A DNA stretch of 64,000 nt from Centroscyllium fabricii (Eukaryota), in the NCBI GenBank assembly GCA_051313645.2, contig JBNRSN020000005.1, positions 77,810,001 through 77,874,000 of the forward strand, written 5' to 3'. The notes beneath the pieces are model-generated. The model was given only the letters and a program-made list of their open reading frames with translations, searched no databases and was not told where the DNA came from. The translations under genes and the position numbers were made by a program. Shown here one piece after another: positions 47,381 to 59,157 of the stretch (positions are counted from its first letter, which is position 1; each line of letters opens with the position of its first letter).

Positions 47381-48420
47381 GGGGGGGGAGAAATGTGGCA
47401 TGGTAGCACCCCCAGTTAGCGCCTGGCGGGGGCGCTAACGGGGCACTTAGGCAGTAGTGCCATGGCGGGGTGAATCCCGTGCCGAATGACAAATAACAGT
47501 TAGCGCCTTGGCACCTTTTGCCATGCAGATCGTGACGCCAGCGAGCATGCAACGCTCACTGCGCGCCCCATCTGCAAACTTCAGTAGCCCTTACCGCCTC
47601 GCGCCAACAGAGCCAGCATAAATTAGCTGGCTGGCAGCTGGCAGGGCACTACTTAAAAGGATGGGTCCCAGCTGTCAAGCAACATCCGTTCCAAAGGTCA
47701 GTTATGAGTGGCAGAGAGCGCAGGTTGTATCTGCAGTCAAATAAAGGCTGCTTAGTCCCCGGAGTGTTGCGGTCCGTCAAATAACTTTGCATTATATCCC
47801 ACAGCATATTGCCGTTCTGCACTCCCCGAATCATTGGGGGCTGGTGTGTAGACTCCAGTGACCCTCCCCTGTAATGGCTGGAAGACGCCTTCACCAATAC
47901 TCACTCCCGATTACACAACGCCTCATATTCCTTGTCGTTTGGAGCCTGACGCCACTCACCTACACCATTAGTGCCTGATTTAGCGCTCCCCTGCATTTTT
48001 TTGAGCACTGAGACTGAATTTAGTGGGTAGCAAGATTGATTAGCACTTGGCGCTACATTTCCAACCTCTCAAAAGTTACCGCCCCCTTCCTGGGCACCAA
48101 TGAATTTCTAGCCCTATGTTTTTTAAATGCAACACAGGTGCACTAAAACCTTAAAATCAATCTGGCTTTGCATCACGGGGGAGAATTTCACCTCACGGCC
48201 GCCCATTTTGTGTCTCCCACTCAGCATAGGAACCGATTTCCCAACCTCCCAGTAAGTTGCAATGGGACACCTGTTTGGTGCCTGCAGCTTGCTGGCGGCA
48301 TTTAAACGAGTCCCAGACACAAGTTTGATTTTAGCCTCACGCTCACAAGAACGGGTGGGCGGGGTGACTGCTCCGCTGAATTGGTGCCTGTTTCAGGCGG
48401 AGTATGAATTTTTCGACCCA
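47381..48420. mobile_element. Degenerate GC-rich Harbinger-type MITE fragments
   Basis: GGGGGAGAAAT...ATTTCTAGCCC and GGGGGAGAATTT...ATTTTTCGACCC termini. Confidence 0.5.
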
Positions 48421-49422
48421 TGTGTCTCACAATGAGGTTATATTGTTTGTACCACGAGTAAACAGTTGATAACTAGGCACTGCAGTCAAGGCATCGGACA
48501 ACATCTTGAATAATGCTCTGCCGTGCAAAAGTTTTATAAATGTCAGTGCCTGTTTTGTGCCGTGTGTACTGTATTTCACTGTTGCATATGGGGCCGTGGT
48601 TGAAAACACCAGTGAAGAACCACACAAACATAGTAGGAATTTAGAGTTTTTAATTTTTCTGGCAACAAAGCTCTGGCCTATTTTAGGCCCAGGACAGGAT
48701 CACCTCCCCTTTCCAGACCCGACAGCCGGACGACTTTTCATCATGGGTCTTATTTCAGAATTCCATAAAGAACAAAGAAGGCTGTTTTCTCCCAGCACTG
48801 AGATATGAACAGTTTTAGTTTGAAGTTAACCTGTGTAATGGGGCAAATTATCCAGTCAGAGCAGGAGAGGAAAAGGAATGACATCAGCTTAATCTTTTCC
48901 ACATTTTCATTAATAACATGAAAACTGAGTCCTGTCATTAAAAAATGTGGAAGGTGTATTTAACTAATAATTTATTAATTGTATTAATTAGAGTCAATTT
49001 ACAAATTCAAATTGTGTTCGATTAAAATTAGACCTTTCTCTCCAGCTCTAAAATTTGTAACACAGCGGCTAATTTTTTCAAGTGATAGTGAAAGTTGTCG
49101 TTACAGATAGCAGACAGGATTTTCCATTGCCCATTAATTGGGGCACTTCCCCTGCCTGCCATGGAGATGTGCCCTTGCATTTTGATCAAATTTCCAGCCT
49201 TGAGATCATTTGTATTTTGAAGGCAGGCTCCCAGCCTGTGTGCTGCCTGCAACAATGACAATTTTTACAAAGAAAAAAAGACTTGCATTTACATAGCGCC
49301 TTTCATGACCACCGGATGTCTCAAAGCACTTTACAGCCAATGAAGTACTTTTTTTTCTGATTCCGCATTGGCCTGTGCCAGGCAACGGGCCTGAAGTTCG
49401 GTACCTGAGTGTCGGTTGTTAA

Positions 49423-49984
49423 AGGCCCTGTCACACCTAGACGTTTTAGCCAGCATATGCAAATTTGGCTAAAACGCTGGGTTACGCTGAACTTTGGGCG
49501 TTTAATAGCGTATTCATAACGAGTTGGACGTATGCATAACGTATTATACGGTAGCAAACACGTTCAGTAAGTTCTGTGGTCGTAAATATGCGTTGGAGAT
49601 ACGTTACACATAGGTTCAAAGCACGTTACTCATAGGTTAGAAATAAGTTCCGGGTACGCTTAGAAATTATCTCGACGTCTTTTGACTTATGAATAACTTA
49701 CAAGTAACGTGTGTCGACGTGTGTCAACGATCGCCTAACGTGCCTACAACGTATGGCCAGCGTATGCGGAACGTGTGAATCATACGCAAAATACGTGGAG
49801 AAATTTTGTGCATGCTCAAAATTTCTCGACTTACTCGAAGTACAACGACGTATGCAACTTATGGCCAGCGTATGCCAGCGTGCTCTTAACGTATGCATAA
49901 CGTACCCATAACGTATCCGACGTAACCCAGCGTTTTAGCCAAATTTGCATATGCTGGCTAAAACGTCTAGGTGTGACAGGGCCT
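49423..49984 (+). mobile_element. 562-bp MITE, near-identical inverted copy of 27169-27732, inside an older GGGCC-ended element (~49387-50616)
   Basis: Same TIRs; by eye one substitution and one 2-bp indel versus 27169-27732; flanks TAA/TCA. Confidence 0.95.
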
Positions 49985-50699
49985 TCAAGCCAGATTCATG
50001 GAAGAAATGGCGTCCACCTCGCTTCCCGCGCTGGACGCCATATTGGTGAGGGCAAGTAAAAGAGGTGTTGCTTACCTTTGTCTGAAACACGCATTGGGCT
50101 TTTAACATATTCAAATAAGGGGCCTAATGCCTGCTTCTACTACCTCTTACAAATTTGGCTTGCATCTGAGGCAGCCAGCACCAATGCTGACTGCCTCTGG
50201 GAAAACAAACGCTAAACAGCAGTGAATTAAAAAAAGTTAAGTATTTACAATTATCATCTCCAACCTTACCCCCGACTTCGGCCTCCAGGCCCTCTCCGAT
50301 CTTCCCCTAATTTTGAATCCACCTTCCAGACCTTCCCCCAATGCTGGCCCCGACCTCCCCAGGATCTTGGCCCTGACCCAACCTCCCACCCGATCCTAGC
50401 CCCGACCTACCTCCAAATCCTTGCCCCGACCCTCCTCCCGATGCTGACCCTCACCTCCAGGCCCACCCCCGAGTCCTTGCTCGATGTTCAGCACTGGGCT
50501 GAATGCCACAATAATGCTGATCAGCAGGCAGCACCAAAATAACGCTGCTGTCTGTGATCTTTTTACGGGCACGATCAAATCCTGCCCCCCCAGTGGCACC
50601 GCTTGTTTTTGGGCCTTATGGAATTTCTAAGCCAGCATTTCTTACGCTCTTGAGCAGGCCTGGCTACCAAAAGAAAAACTTCTTCAGCTCCTCCCCCAA

Positions 50700-52310
50700 T
50701 TATATATCCTTGGCCCCCTTCTATTTCTCATCTACATTCTACGCCTCAGCGACATCATTCAAAGATATGTTGTCAGGTTTCACATGTGCACTGATGACAC
50801 CCAGCTCATCACTACCTCACTCTCTCTCTCTCTCTCTCTCGTGACCTCCACCGCCTCTATGTTTTCAGATTGGTTGTCCAACCCTGAATGAGCTGCAATT
50901 TCCTCCAGTTAAACATTGGGAAGACTAAAGCCATTGGAGGGGATTTTCGGAGAGCCATGAGGGTGGGTTTCCGGCGGGGCAGGGCTTAAAATCCTGAAAC
51001 TGGGGGGTCCCGACCCCTCCCACCAGATCCCGTCGCTTTGCAGTTTTCGGGCGACATGTCCAGCCAACCCGAACCTTTCCCGCCTGCCACCGGCGGGGTT
51101 GATCGTTGAGGTAATTAGGGGCCCTTAATTGACATGGGTAATCCCATTTTAAGGGCCCCTCGCAATTTGGAAGCCCTTCTCACCCATTCTCCGCCAGAGA
51201 AATCCAGCAGGATCACAGTGGCCTTGGTCACTTTCACCTTCAAGGCATTGAAGGACCTACAGCAGAATGCCTTCCAGGCCTTCAACACCCTGGAGTTGTA
51301 AGTGTCTCCCTTGGGTGAAGACCAGCTGTGAAGAAAACACTCAATCACTTACCTTGACAGATGCTGCAGAAACATCCCCTCACTTTGAAAGCTTTGCAGC
51401 GTGTCCTTAGACCTGTCACTCAACCCACTTGGGCTTTGAGATTGGTTGCACTCCATTGTGGTTGCACTCCATTGTGATGTCACAATGGACTGTTTCCATA
51501 GAAACTAAGAACACACAGTCCCTAGAACTGCTGCCAATCAAACCTGCGGCTGTCAACTCCAGCCGGCTGCTTTCCGACTGGTAATTGTATATTGCAGGGG
51601 CTTCCCACACGCAGGCAATTAATTGGCCAGTTAAAACAAAATTGCGTGGGGTTCCCAGGCCCTCAAACATTCATGTCAGAAAACTGACATGCCCAAAACC
51701 CGCCATCTTCCCACACCTTTGCGAAAATCTCCCCCAAAGTGTTTGGCCCCCAACACAAACTCCGTTTCCACATCACAAATTCTATCTTACTCCCTGACCA
51801 CTGTCTCAAGCTGAATCATCACAAAGAATGACTACTCCCATCTCCATAACATTGCCCATCTCTGCCCTGGCCTCAGTCCGTCTGCTACCGATACCCTCAT
51901 GCTTGCATTTGTTAGCTCCAGAATCAACCATTCTCCCATCTTCCACCCTTCATAAACTTCACTTCATCCAAAATACTGCTGCCCATATCATAACCTGCAC
52001 CAAGTCCCACTCAACCATCACTCCTGTGCTTGCTGACCTCCACTGTTCCCTTTAATTTTTTTGGGGGGTGCGCGGTCCATTTAAAATATGGCACGTGCGC
52101 GGTTTTTTCTCTTTAAAAACTGTGAGCCCTTGTAGCTTAATGGGAACATTGACTGGCTCATGGTCCACCAATGCCTTGCATTTACAATTTGCATCCTCAT
52201 GTTCAACTTCCTCCATGACCTCGTCTCTCACTATCTTCTTCGGCCCTGCAACTCTCCAAAACCTCTGTGCTCCTTTGACTCTGTCTGGCCTCTTGTCTAT
52301 CCTTATTCAG
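50700..52310 (+). mobile_element. Old L2 fragments interrupted by a Harbinger-type MITE (~50936-51735)
   Basis: ADDTQL-like and LQLNIGKT, FIQNTAAHII motifs; GGAGGGGATTTTCG...CGAAAATCTCCCCC termini. Confidence 0.6.
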
Positions 52311-53322
52311 TGACAGCAATGCTCAGATAAAGTTAGTTAATGCATTCATAGTTAAAAAAGCAGCTTTACCCACTATTGAAGAAAATAAACCTTCACATTA
52401 AACAACAGTTTGACATACACCAGAACATTTCTTTGAGCAATCTGAAAAGTTTTCAAAAGCTACATTTTAGCAGCTTATTTGAAAAAACTTATTTGGGGAC
52501 AGATGCTTTAAATAAATACACCTGCAACTGTGACTTTCAGATACCAGGAGCTCGTTTAAAAAATCTTCTGCCTTAATTTTGTGCACAACAAACAATGGAA
52601 AAAGTGAGCTCTGATTGATTGGTTCCCAAGTCCCACCCTCCAATTGATCTGATTGTTTCTAACAGCTTTCAACCCCATCTTCCATCAACCTGAGTGACTT
52701 CGACTGGTGCTGCCTTTCATAACTGTGTGGTTAATACTGACAACCTCCAACCAGTGAAAAAAGCTAGTTTTGCTTGTGAAACACTGACAAGCTGACAAAT
52801 AAGCACCAACGCTGACTGACTTGTATGTATGCTCTTTTGAATTCTCACTTGAAAAAAAGAGCATGTGGACTGGTGTATCTGAGTGTTATAAAGGAATCAC
52901 CTGGAAAAAAAGCATCCTGAAATAACCCCCACAAAGTATGAGTGGCATGTCATCCTGTTTTTAGTTTAACGGTGACTATATGTTTTGATTTTCCTTATCT
53001 TCTTCCCTTCAGCAATGACTATCACTGTGATCCATCAGTTAAGTGCAGTAGCACATTCCATACTGATAATGCATGCCAGAATGGCATATATCACCCAGTT
53101 TGGCAACAGCTTATAGTAAAGACAAAGAGCAAAGTTACTTTAAATAGTAAGACATTTGATTGTGTTACTCACTTGCAGACATGTCAACTAGAAGATAATG
53201 AATTGGTCCATAAAGAAGCAGGATGCAATATATCGTGTGGTCTGCAATCTATTAATATTTGACAAATGTAAGAAGTCACACAACACCAGGTTATAGTTCA
53301 ACAGCTTTATTTGAAATCACAC

Positions 53323-53351
53323 CTGACGAAGGAGCAGCGCTCTGAAAGCTT
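53323..53351 (+). ncRNA. Minimal hammerhead ribozyme core
   Basis: CTGACGA-A-GGAGC-AGC-GCTCT-GAAA-GCTT. Confidence 0.65.
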
Positions 53352-53619
53352 GAAGTGAAGAGATGCATATAGGCACAGCATATATAGTCCGAGCACTGCC
53401 AGATGATTACAGGTAATCTTTCTAACTGCCCTTTATCACACCTCAGCAAAGAGATAATCACAGCAATCAGAGGTGTGAATGGTGTCCAAACAGGTCAGTC
53501 AGGAAAACATTACATCAAAGAACAATGAGGTGGGGGTCACAAGGTGACCCCCACCTCATTGTTCTTTGATGTAATGTTTTCCTGACTGACCTGTTTGGAC
53601 ACCATTCACACCTCTGATT

Positions 53620-54612
53620 TGTAACGGTTGGGTGTATTCGGAATGAAGGCGGGGCCCAAATGCAGAGACACTGAAACGTTTACAAAACTACACTCCTTTA
53701 TTACTAAAACCCCATATAATACCCTAAACATACAATATATATAGAACACATATACAACACAAGTCTTATAAACAGACCGGCACAAACTTCCAAACATAGC
53801 GAGCAATGAATAGAAGGGTGCTACGCAATCCAGGCGCGCCATTCTCCCCAAGAATACCAGTCCTGGCATAACTGTCCACCCTAAAGAGAACCGAGCAAGT
53901 CCTCCTCAGCGAGCATGACATCTCATTCCACCCTCTACGTAGAGGATGTGGGAACAGCTTATGCTTCCAGATGACCAATGTCCAAACCAGGGTTCGGATG
54001 AAAAGATGAATGTCCATGTAGTAGAAATGGGTCCGACCTACTTCTTCTGCTCTGTCACAGAGACTTAACCCCATGGCAATCAGGCAGTAGCGCACCAGAT
54101 CTACCGGCAGGGGGCCTCCCTTACCAAACAGATGAATGTCCATTGCTGAGTTCCCAATAGCAGGGCGCACTGTCAAGGCGGAGGGAAATGCGTTCCACCC
54201 CAATGCCCCTGTTGGGCAACCCAGCCTGAGCACCAGAAATAGCAAAGTACAAGTACAAGCTGAGTCAATCGATCTGCAACCTCCTTGCCTCTGACGGCCA
54301 CTCAGCACAGCAGAAAACCACCTCCTTCCAGTGGCCTGTAGAATGAACAATGGATAACCAGTCCCATGACACATTACCATCGAATGATCCCGCATCTGCT
54401 CTCAGCCAGCCTCCTGATTATATCCTAAACCCAGCAAGTACCCTATTGGGTGATAGCCAATAATCCTGAGGGGATGAGAGCAGAGCACAACTAACACATG
54501 CATAGATAATTGAACAGTTAATCACATAACTAGGGAACCTATTCCTTGAAACAGCTGTGAAGCAACAGCAAAAACTGCTTCTAATATTTAAAGGAACAGG
54601 CACCCCGTGACA
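53620..54612. mobile_element. Solo LTR (993 bp) with 6-bp TSD
   Basis: TGTAACGG...CCGTGACA; CTGATT on both sides. Confidence 0.88.
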
Positions 54613-55919
54613 CTGATTGCTGTGATTATAATCTGGTGTTCTGTGACTTCTTACATTTGTCCACCCCAGTCCAACACCGGCATCTCCACATCATTAATAT
54701 TTGAGGCTGATGCTGAGTGATACCAGAACATCACTATCAATAAGGTTGGTGCCCATCTCTCCCTAATATTAATTTATGCTTCAAATCTAATATGCTGCAA
54801 AAATAGAGTCCAAAGCTTTACCTTTGTTCATCAGTAGTAGTACATAGCCACCAAATTCACCAGCTTGTTGGCCAAGGAAATCTGCTGACTGATGGTCGCT
54901 TGGACTTTTTGTAAGTGGTGAAAAACAGGAGTCTGCTGTATATTGTGTAATTGCAACTTTAACATCTGATAAAGCTGCACCCTTATTTTCAGTCAGTAGA
55001 ATAACATGCAGAAAATGTCTAACAAATCAGTTACTTTGAATTGCTGCCGCCAAGACCATTTTACTGACTTCTGTCGTGCTGGCTTTGTTAAGGCTAAAAT
55101 AGTTATGTCAAAGCAGCATTGTTAACCTGTTCTTCTCCTCATGGAAGCAGTTTAAAAGCAGGGCCCCTTTAAGACTTTGTCTTAATGTCAAGAGCGTCTC
55201 TCTGGTTATTAGACAATTTAGGCCAGATCACCGTCCCCAGCTTCTCTTCTGTTTTATGTAAGAAATGTTATAATTTTTCCTTGAGTGATTCATTAATATT
55301 TGCTAAACCCATTATAAGTCAAAAAGCATTTCAAATATATCATTTATTTCTCTAAAAACAGTGAAATTCCAGAACTCAGCTCATGTTTCAAATCATCTGA
55401 ATAAACAATAATCAAAGTCTTAAGTTGGCTGAAACTGATAAGAATATTTTACCGTACTGTATCATAAACAGCTACCAGAGCACATTTGTCTGTGATCGCA
55501 TTATAAATCATCAGAAAGCGGCTTGTTAATGGATTTCATAGAAACATAGAAACTAGGAGCAGGAGGAGGAAATTCGGCCCCTCGAGCCTGCTCCGCCATT
55601 CGATGAGATCATGGCTGATCATCCAAACTCAGTACCCCGTACCTGCCTTGTCCCCATATCCCTTGATACCTGTAGCTCTAAGAACTATATCTAACTCCTT
55701 CTTGAATACATTTAATGACTTGGCCTCAACTACATTCTGTGGCAGAGAATTCCACAGATTCACCACTCACTGGGTGAAGAAATTCACAGAAACACAGAAG
55801 ATAGGAGCAGGAGTAGGTCATTCGGTCCTTCGAGCCTGCTTCGCCATTTTGATGAGATCATGGCTGATCATCCTAACCCAGCAGCCCCCTCCTACCCTCT
55901 CCCCATATCGCCCTAACAC

Positions 55920-56165
55920 CCCCAACTTGAAGAACTATATCTCACCCACATACTCATGGGCAATTTTTTTTTTAGTATCTCCAATTCACCTAACCTGCAC
56001 GTCTTTGGGTGGTGGGAGGAAACCGGAGTACCCGGAGGAAACCCACACGAACATGGAGAGAACATGCAAACTCCACGCAGAGAGGTCCCGGGCCAAGCAG
56101 GATTCGAACCCAGGAGCTCCTTCTTGTGAGGCAGCAGTGCTAACCACTGCGCCACCGTGTCGTCC
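55920..56165 (-). mobile_element. V-SINE (tRNA head + V-domain)
   Basis: Minus strand A box TGGCGCAGTGG, B box GGTTCGAATCC, V-domain. Confidence 0.85.
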
Positions 56166-57469
56166 AATTCTTCCTCATCTCTGTCCTCAATGGCCTACCC
56201 CTTATCCTTAGACTGTGCCCCCTGGTTCTGGACTCTCCGACCATCGGGAACATTCTTCCTGCATCTAGTTTGTCCAGACCTGTCGGAATTTTATAAGTTT
56301 CGATGAGATCTCCTCTCATTCTTCTAAATTCTAAATTACAGTGAGTATAAGCCTAATCGACCCAACCTCTCCTCATACGTTATTCCTGCCATCCCAATTC
56401 AATTCAATTCAATTCAAGTTTTATTGTCATTGCAGAGTACTAGTACAATACAACGAGACGAAGACTCGACGCTCCCGAGAGTAGTGCAAATAAATTACAT
56501 GCAAATTGCATACAGTAAAGTACATTATCAGGCGTGCAGGTACCGGAGTTTATTTTTAGAATTCAGCAGGCTGACAGCCCTGGGGAAGAAGCTGTTCTTA
56601 AATCTAGTCGTGCGGGTGCAAATTGATCTGTAGCGTCTCCTGGAGGGCAGGGGGGTGAACAGACTGTGGCTGGGGTGTGTGGGGTCTTTAATAATATTCG
56701 GAGACCTCCATAAGCAGCGTTTGAGGTAGATGCTTTCCATTGACGGTAGCTGGGGACCGGTGATTCGTTGGGCAGTTTTGACTACCCGCTGCAGGGTTTT
56801 CCAGTCTGAGATAGTGCAATTTCCATACCAGACTGTGATGCAGCTTGTCAGTATGCTTTCTATTGTGCAGCGGTAGAAGTTGGAGAGGATGCCGGATGAC
56901 AGCCTGGCTTTCTTCAGCTTCCTTAGGAAGTACAGGCGCTGTTGGGCCTTCTTAACCAGAGAGGAGGTGTTTAGTGACCAGGAGAGATCTTCCGAGATGT
57001 GGACCCCGAGGAACATGAAGCTGGACACCCTTTCCACCTCAGCCCCTTGGATGAAGATGGGGGTGTGTCTTCTGCTTCCAGTCCTCCGGAGGTCCACTAT
57101 GATCTCCTTAGTTTTCTTGGTGTTCAGTGCCAGGTTGTTGTCGGCACACCATCCCACAAGGCGCTGGATCTCATCCCTGTAGGCTGACTCGTCGTTATTG
57201 GTGATCTGGCCAACCACCGTGGTGTCATCCGCAAACTTGATGATCGTGTTGGAGCCATGGACAGCCGCACAGTCGTGAGTGAAGAGGGAGTAGAGGAGTG
57301 GGCTCAGCACACAACCTTGTGGGGCCCCCATGTTCAGGGTAAGTGGGGTGGGAGGTGAGGTTGCCTAACTTCACAGACTGTGGTCTGTTGGTTAGGAAGT
57401 CCAGGGTCCAGTTGCAGAGGGAGGTGTTCAGGCCGAGGGTGAGGAGTTTGTTAGACAATTTGCTCGGGA

Positions 57470-58670
57470 CGAGCGTGAGAGTGAGGAGTGGGAATCAGAG
57501 GTTGAGAGTGTGAGAGTGTGAGGAATGGGAATCAGAGTGTGAGAGTGTCAGAGTGAGGAATGGGAATCAGAGTGTGAGAGTGTGAGAGTGTGGAATGGGA
57601 ATCAGGGCGTGAGAGTGTGAGAGTGAGGAATGGGAATCAGAGCGTGAGAGTGTGAGAGTGAGGAATGGGAATCAGAGCGTGAGAGTGAGGAATGGGAATC
57701 AGAGCGTGAGAGTGTGAGAGTGAGGAATGGGAATCAGAGCATGAGAGTGTGAGAGAGTGGAATGGGAATCAGAGCGCGGCGTGTGAGAGTGAGGAATGGG
57801 AATCAGAGCGCGGTGTGAGAGTGAGGAATGGGAATCAGAGCGCGGTGTGAGAGTGAGGAATGGGAATCAGAGTGCGGTGTGTGAGAGTGAGGAATGGGAA
57901 TCAGAGCGTGAGAGTGTGAGAGTGAGGAATGGGAATGAGAGCGTGAGAGTGAGAGTGAGGAATGGGAATCAGAGCGTGAGAGTGTGAGAGTGAGGAATGG
58001 GAATCAGAGCGTGAGAGTGAGGAATGGGAATCAGAGCGTGAGAGTGTGAGAGTGAGGAATGGGAATCAGAGCGCGGTGTGAGAGTGAGGAATGGGAATTA
58101 GAGCGCGGTGTGAGAGTGAGGAATGGGAATCAGAGTGCGGTGTGTGAGAGTGAGGAATGGGAATCAGAGCGTGAGAGTGAGGAATGGGAATCAGAGCGTG
58201 AGAGTGTGAGAGTGAGGAATGGGAATCAGAGCGCGGTGTGAGAGTGAGGAATGGGAATTAGAGCGCGGTGTGAGAGTGAGGAATGGGAATCAGAGTGCGG
58301 TGTGTGAGAGTGAGGAATGGGAATCAGAGCGTGAGAGTTTGAGAGTGAGGAATGGGAATGAGAGCGTGAGAGTGTGAGAGTGAGGAATGGGAATCAGAGC
58401 GTGAGAGTGTGAGAGTGAGGAATGGGAATCACAGCGTGAGTGTGTGAGAGAGTGAGGAATGGGAATGAGAGCGTGAGAGTGTGAGAGAGTGAGGAATGGG
58501 AATGAGAGCGTGAGTGTGTGAGAGAGTGAGGAATGGGAATGAGAGCGTGAGAGTGTGAGAGTGAGGAATGGGAATCAGAGCGTGAGAGTGTGAGAGTGAG
58601 GAATGGGAATCAGAGCGTGAGAGTGTGAGAGTGAGGAATGGGAATCAGAGCGTGAGAGTGTGAGAGTGAG
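57470..58670 (+). repeat. Purine-rich minisatellite, ~27-37 bp unit GAGTGAGGAATGGGAATCAGAGCGTGAGAGTGTGA
   Basis: More than 30 tandem copies with variable GA/GT spacer. Confidence 0.97.
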
Positions 58671-59157
58671 GTTGAACAACCACCAAAAACTCCCATACCT
58701 ATTGGGGGAACAGAGGGACTGTATAAAACTGGCGGCAAAATACGTCACAGCTTGCCATAAGCAGAGGGACAACCAGTGACCATTGAAGCTAGGAAGAGCA
58801 TACAAGCTCTATATGCGGGTATATATGTATGTGTGTGCGTAGCTATTCATTCAATACGTCTGGTTATGCATTTGTATGTCCAATTGTATATGTTCTTTTT
58901 AGATCTATCTGCGGGTTTTTATGTGTATGTGTATGCATAGTTATTCATTCAATACGTCTGGTTATGCATTTGTATGTCCAACTGTATTAGATCTATATGC
59001 GGGTTTTTATGTGTATGTGTATGCATAGTTATTCATTCAATACGTCTAGTTATGCATTTGTATGTCCAACTGTATATGTTCTTTTTTGTGCTTTGGCAAC
59101 ATAGGATGTATCTTGTCATGCCAATAAAGCAATTTGAATTGAATTGAATTGAATTGA
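58671..59157 (+). mobile_element. 3' end of another non-LTR element (RTE-X-like) with a triplicated 3' UTR segment and (TTGAA)n tail
   Basis: C-terminus KLPYLLGEQRDCIKLAAKYVTACHKQR*; three ~90-100 bp repeats at 58810-59075; CAATAAAGC then (TTGAA)n. Clade name from recall only. Confidence 0.6.

Larger units (their letters stand above)
53263..54692. mobile_element. Short foldback Penelope-type insertion with inverted termini, split by a solo LTR
   Basis: TSD ATTAATATTTGA (53251-62 / 54693-704); terminal inverted segments ACAAATGTAAGAAGTCACA..ACACCAG / CTGGTGTT.TGTGACTTCTTACATTTGT; perfect 76-bp arms 53465-53540 / 53544-53619; hammerhead core. Confidence 0.8.

Noticed and set aside
53766-54395. 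209-aa ORF inside the solo LTR as an accessory gene
   Set aside because: No recognisable motif or compositional signal; not supportable from one copy
57470-58670. CRISPR-like or telomeric array
   Set aside because: No unique spacers, no TTAGGG units, eukaryotic context; it is a minisatellite
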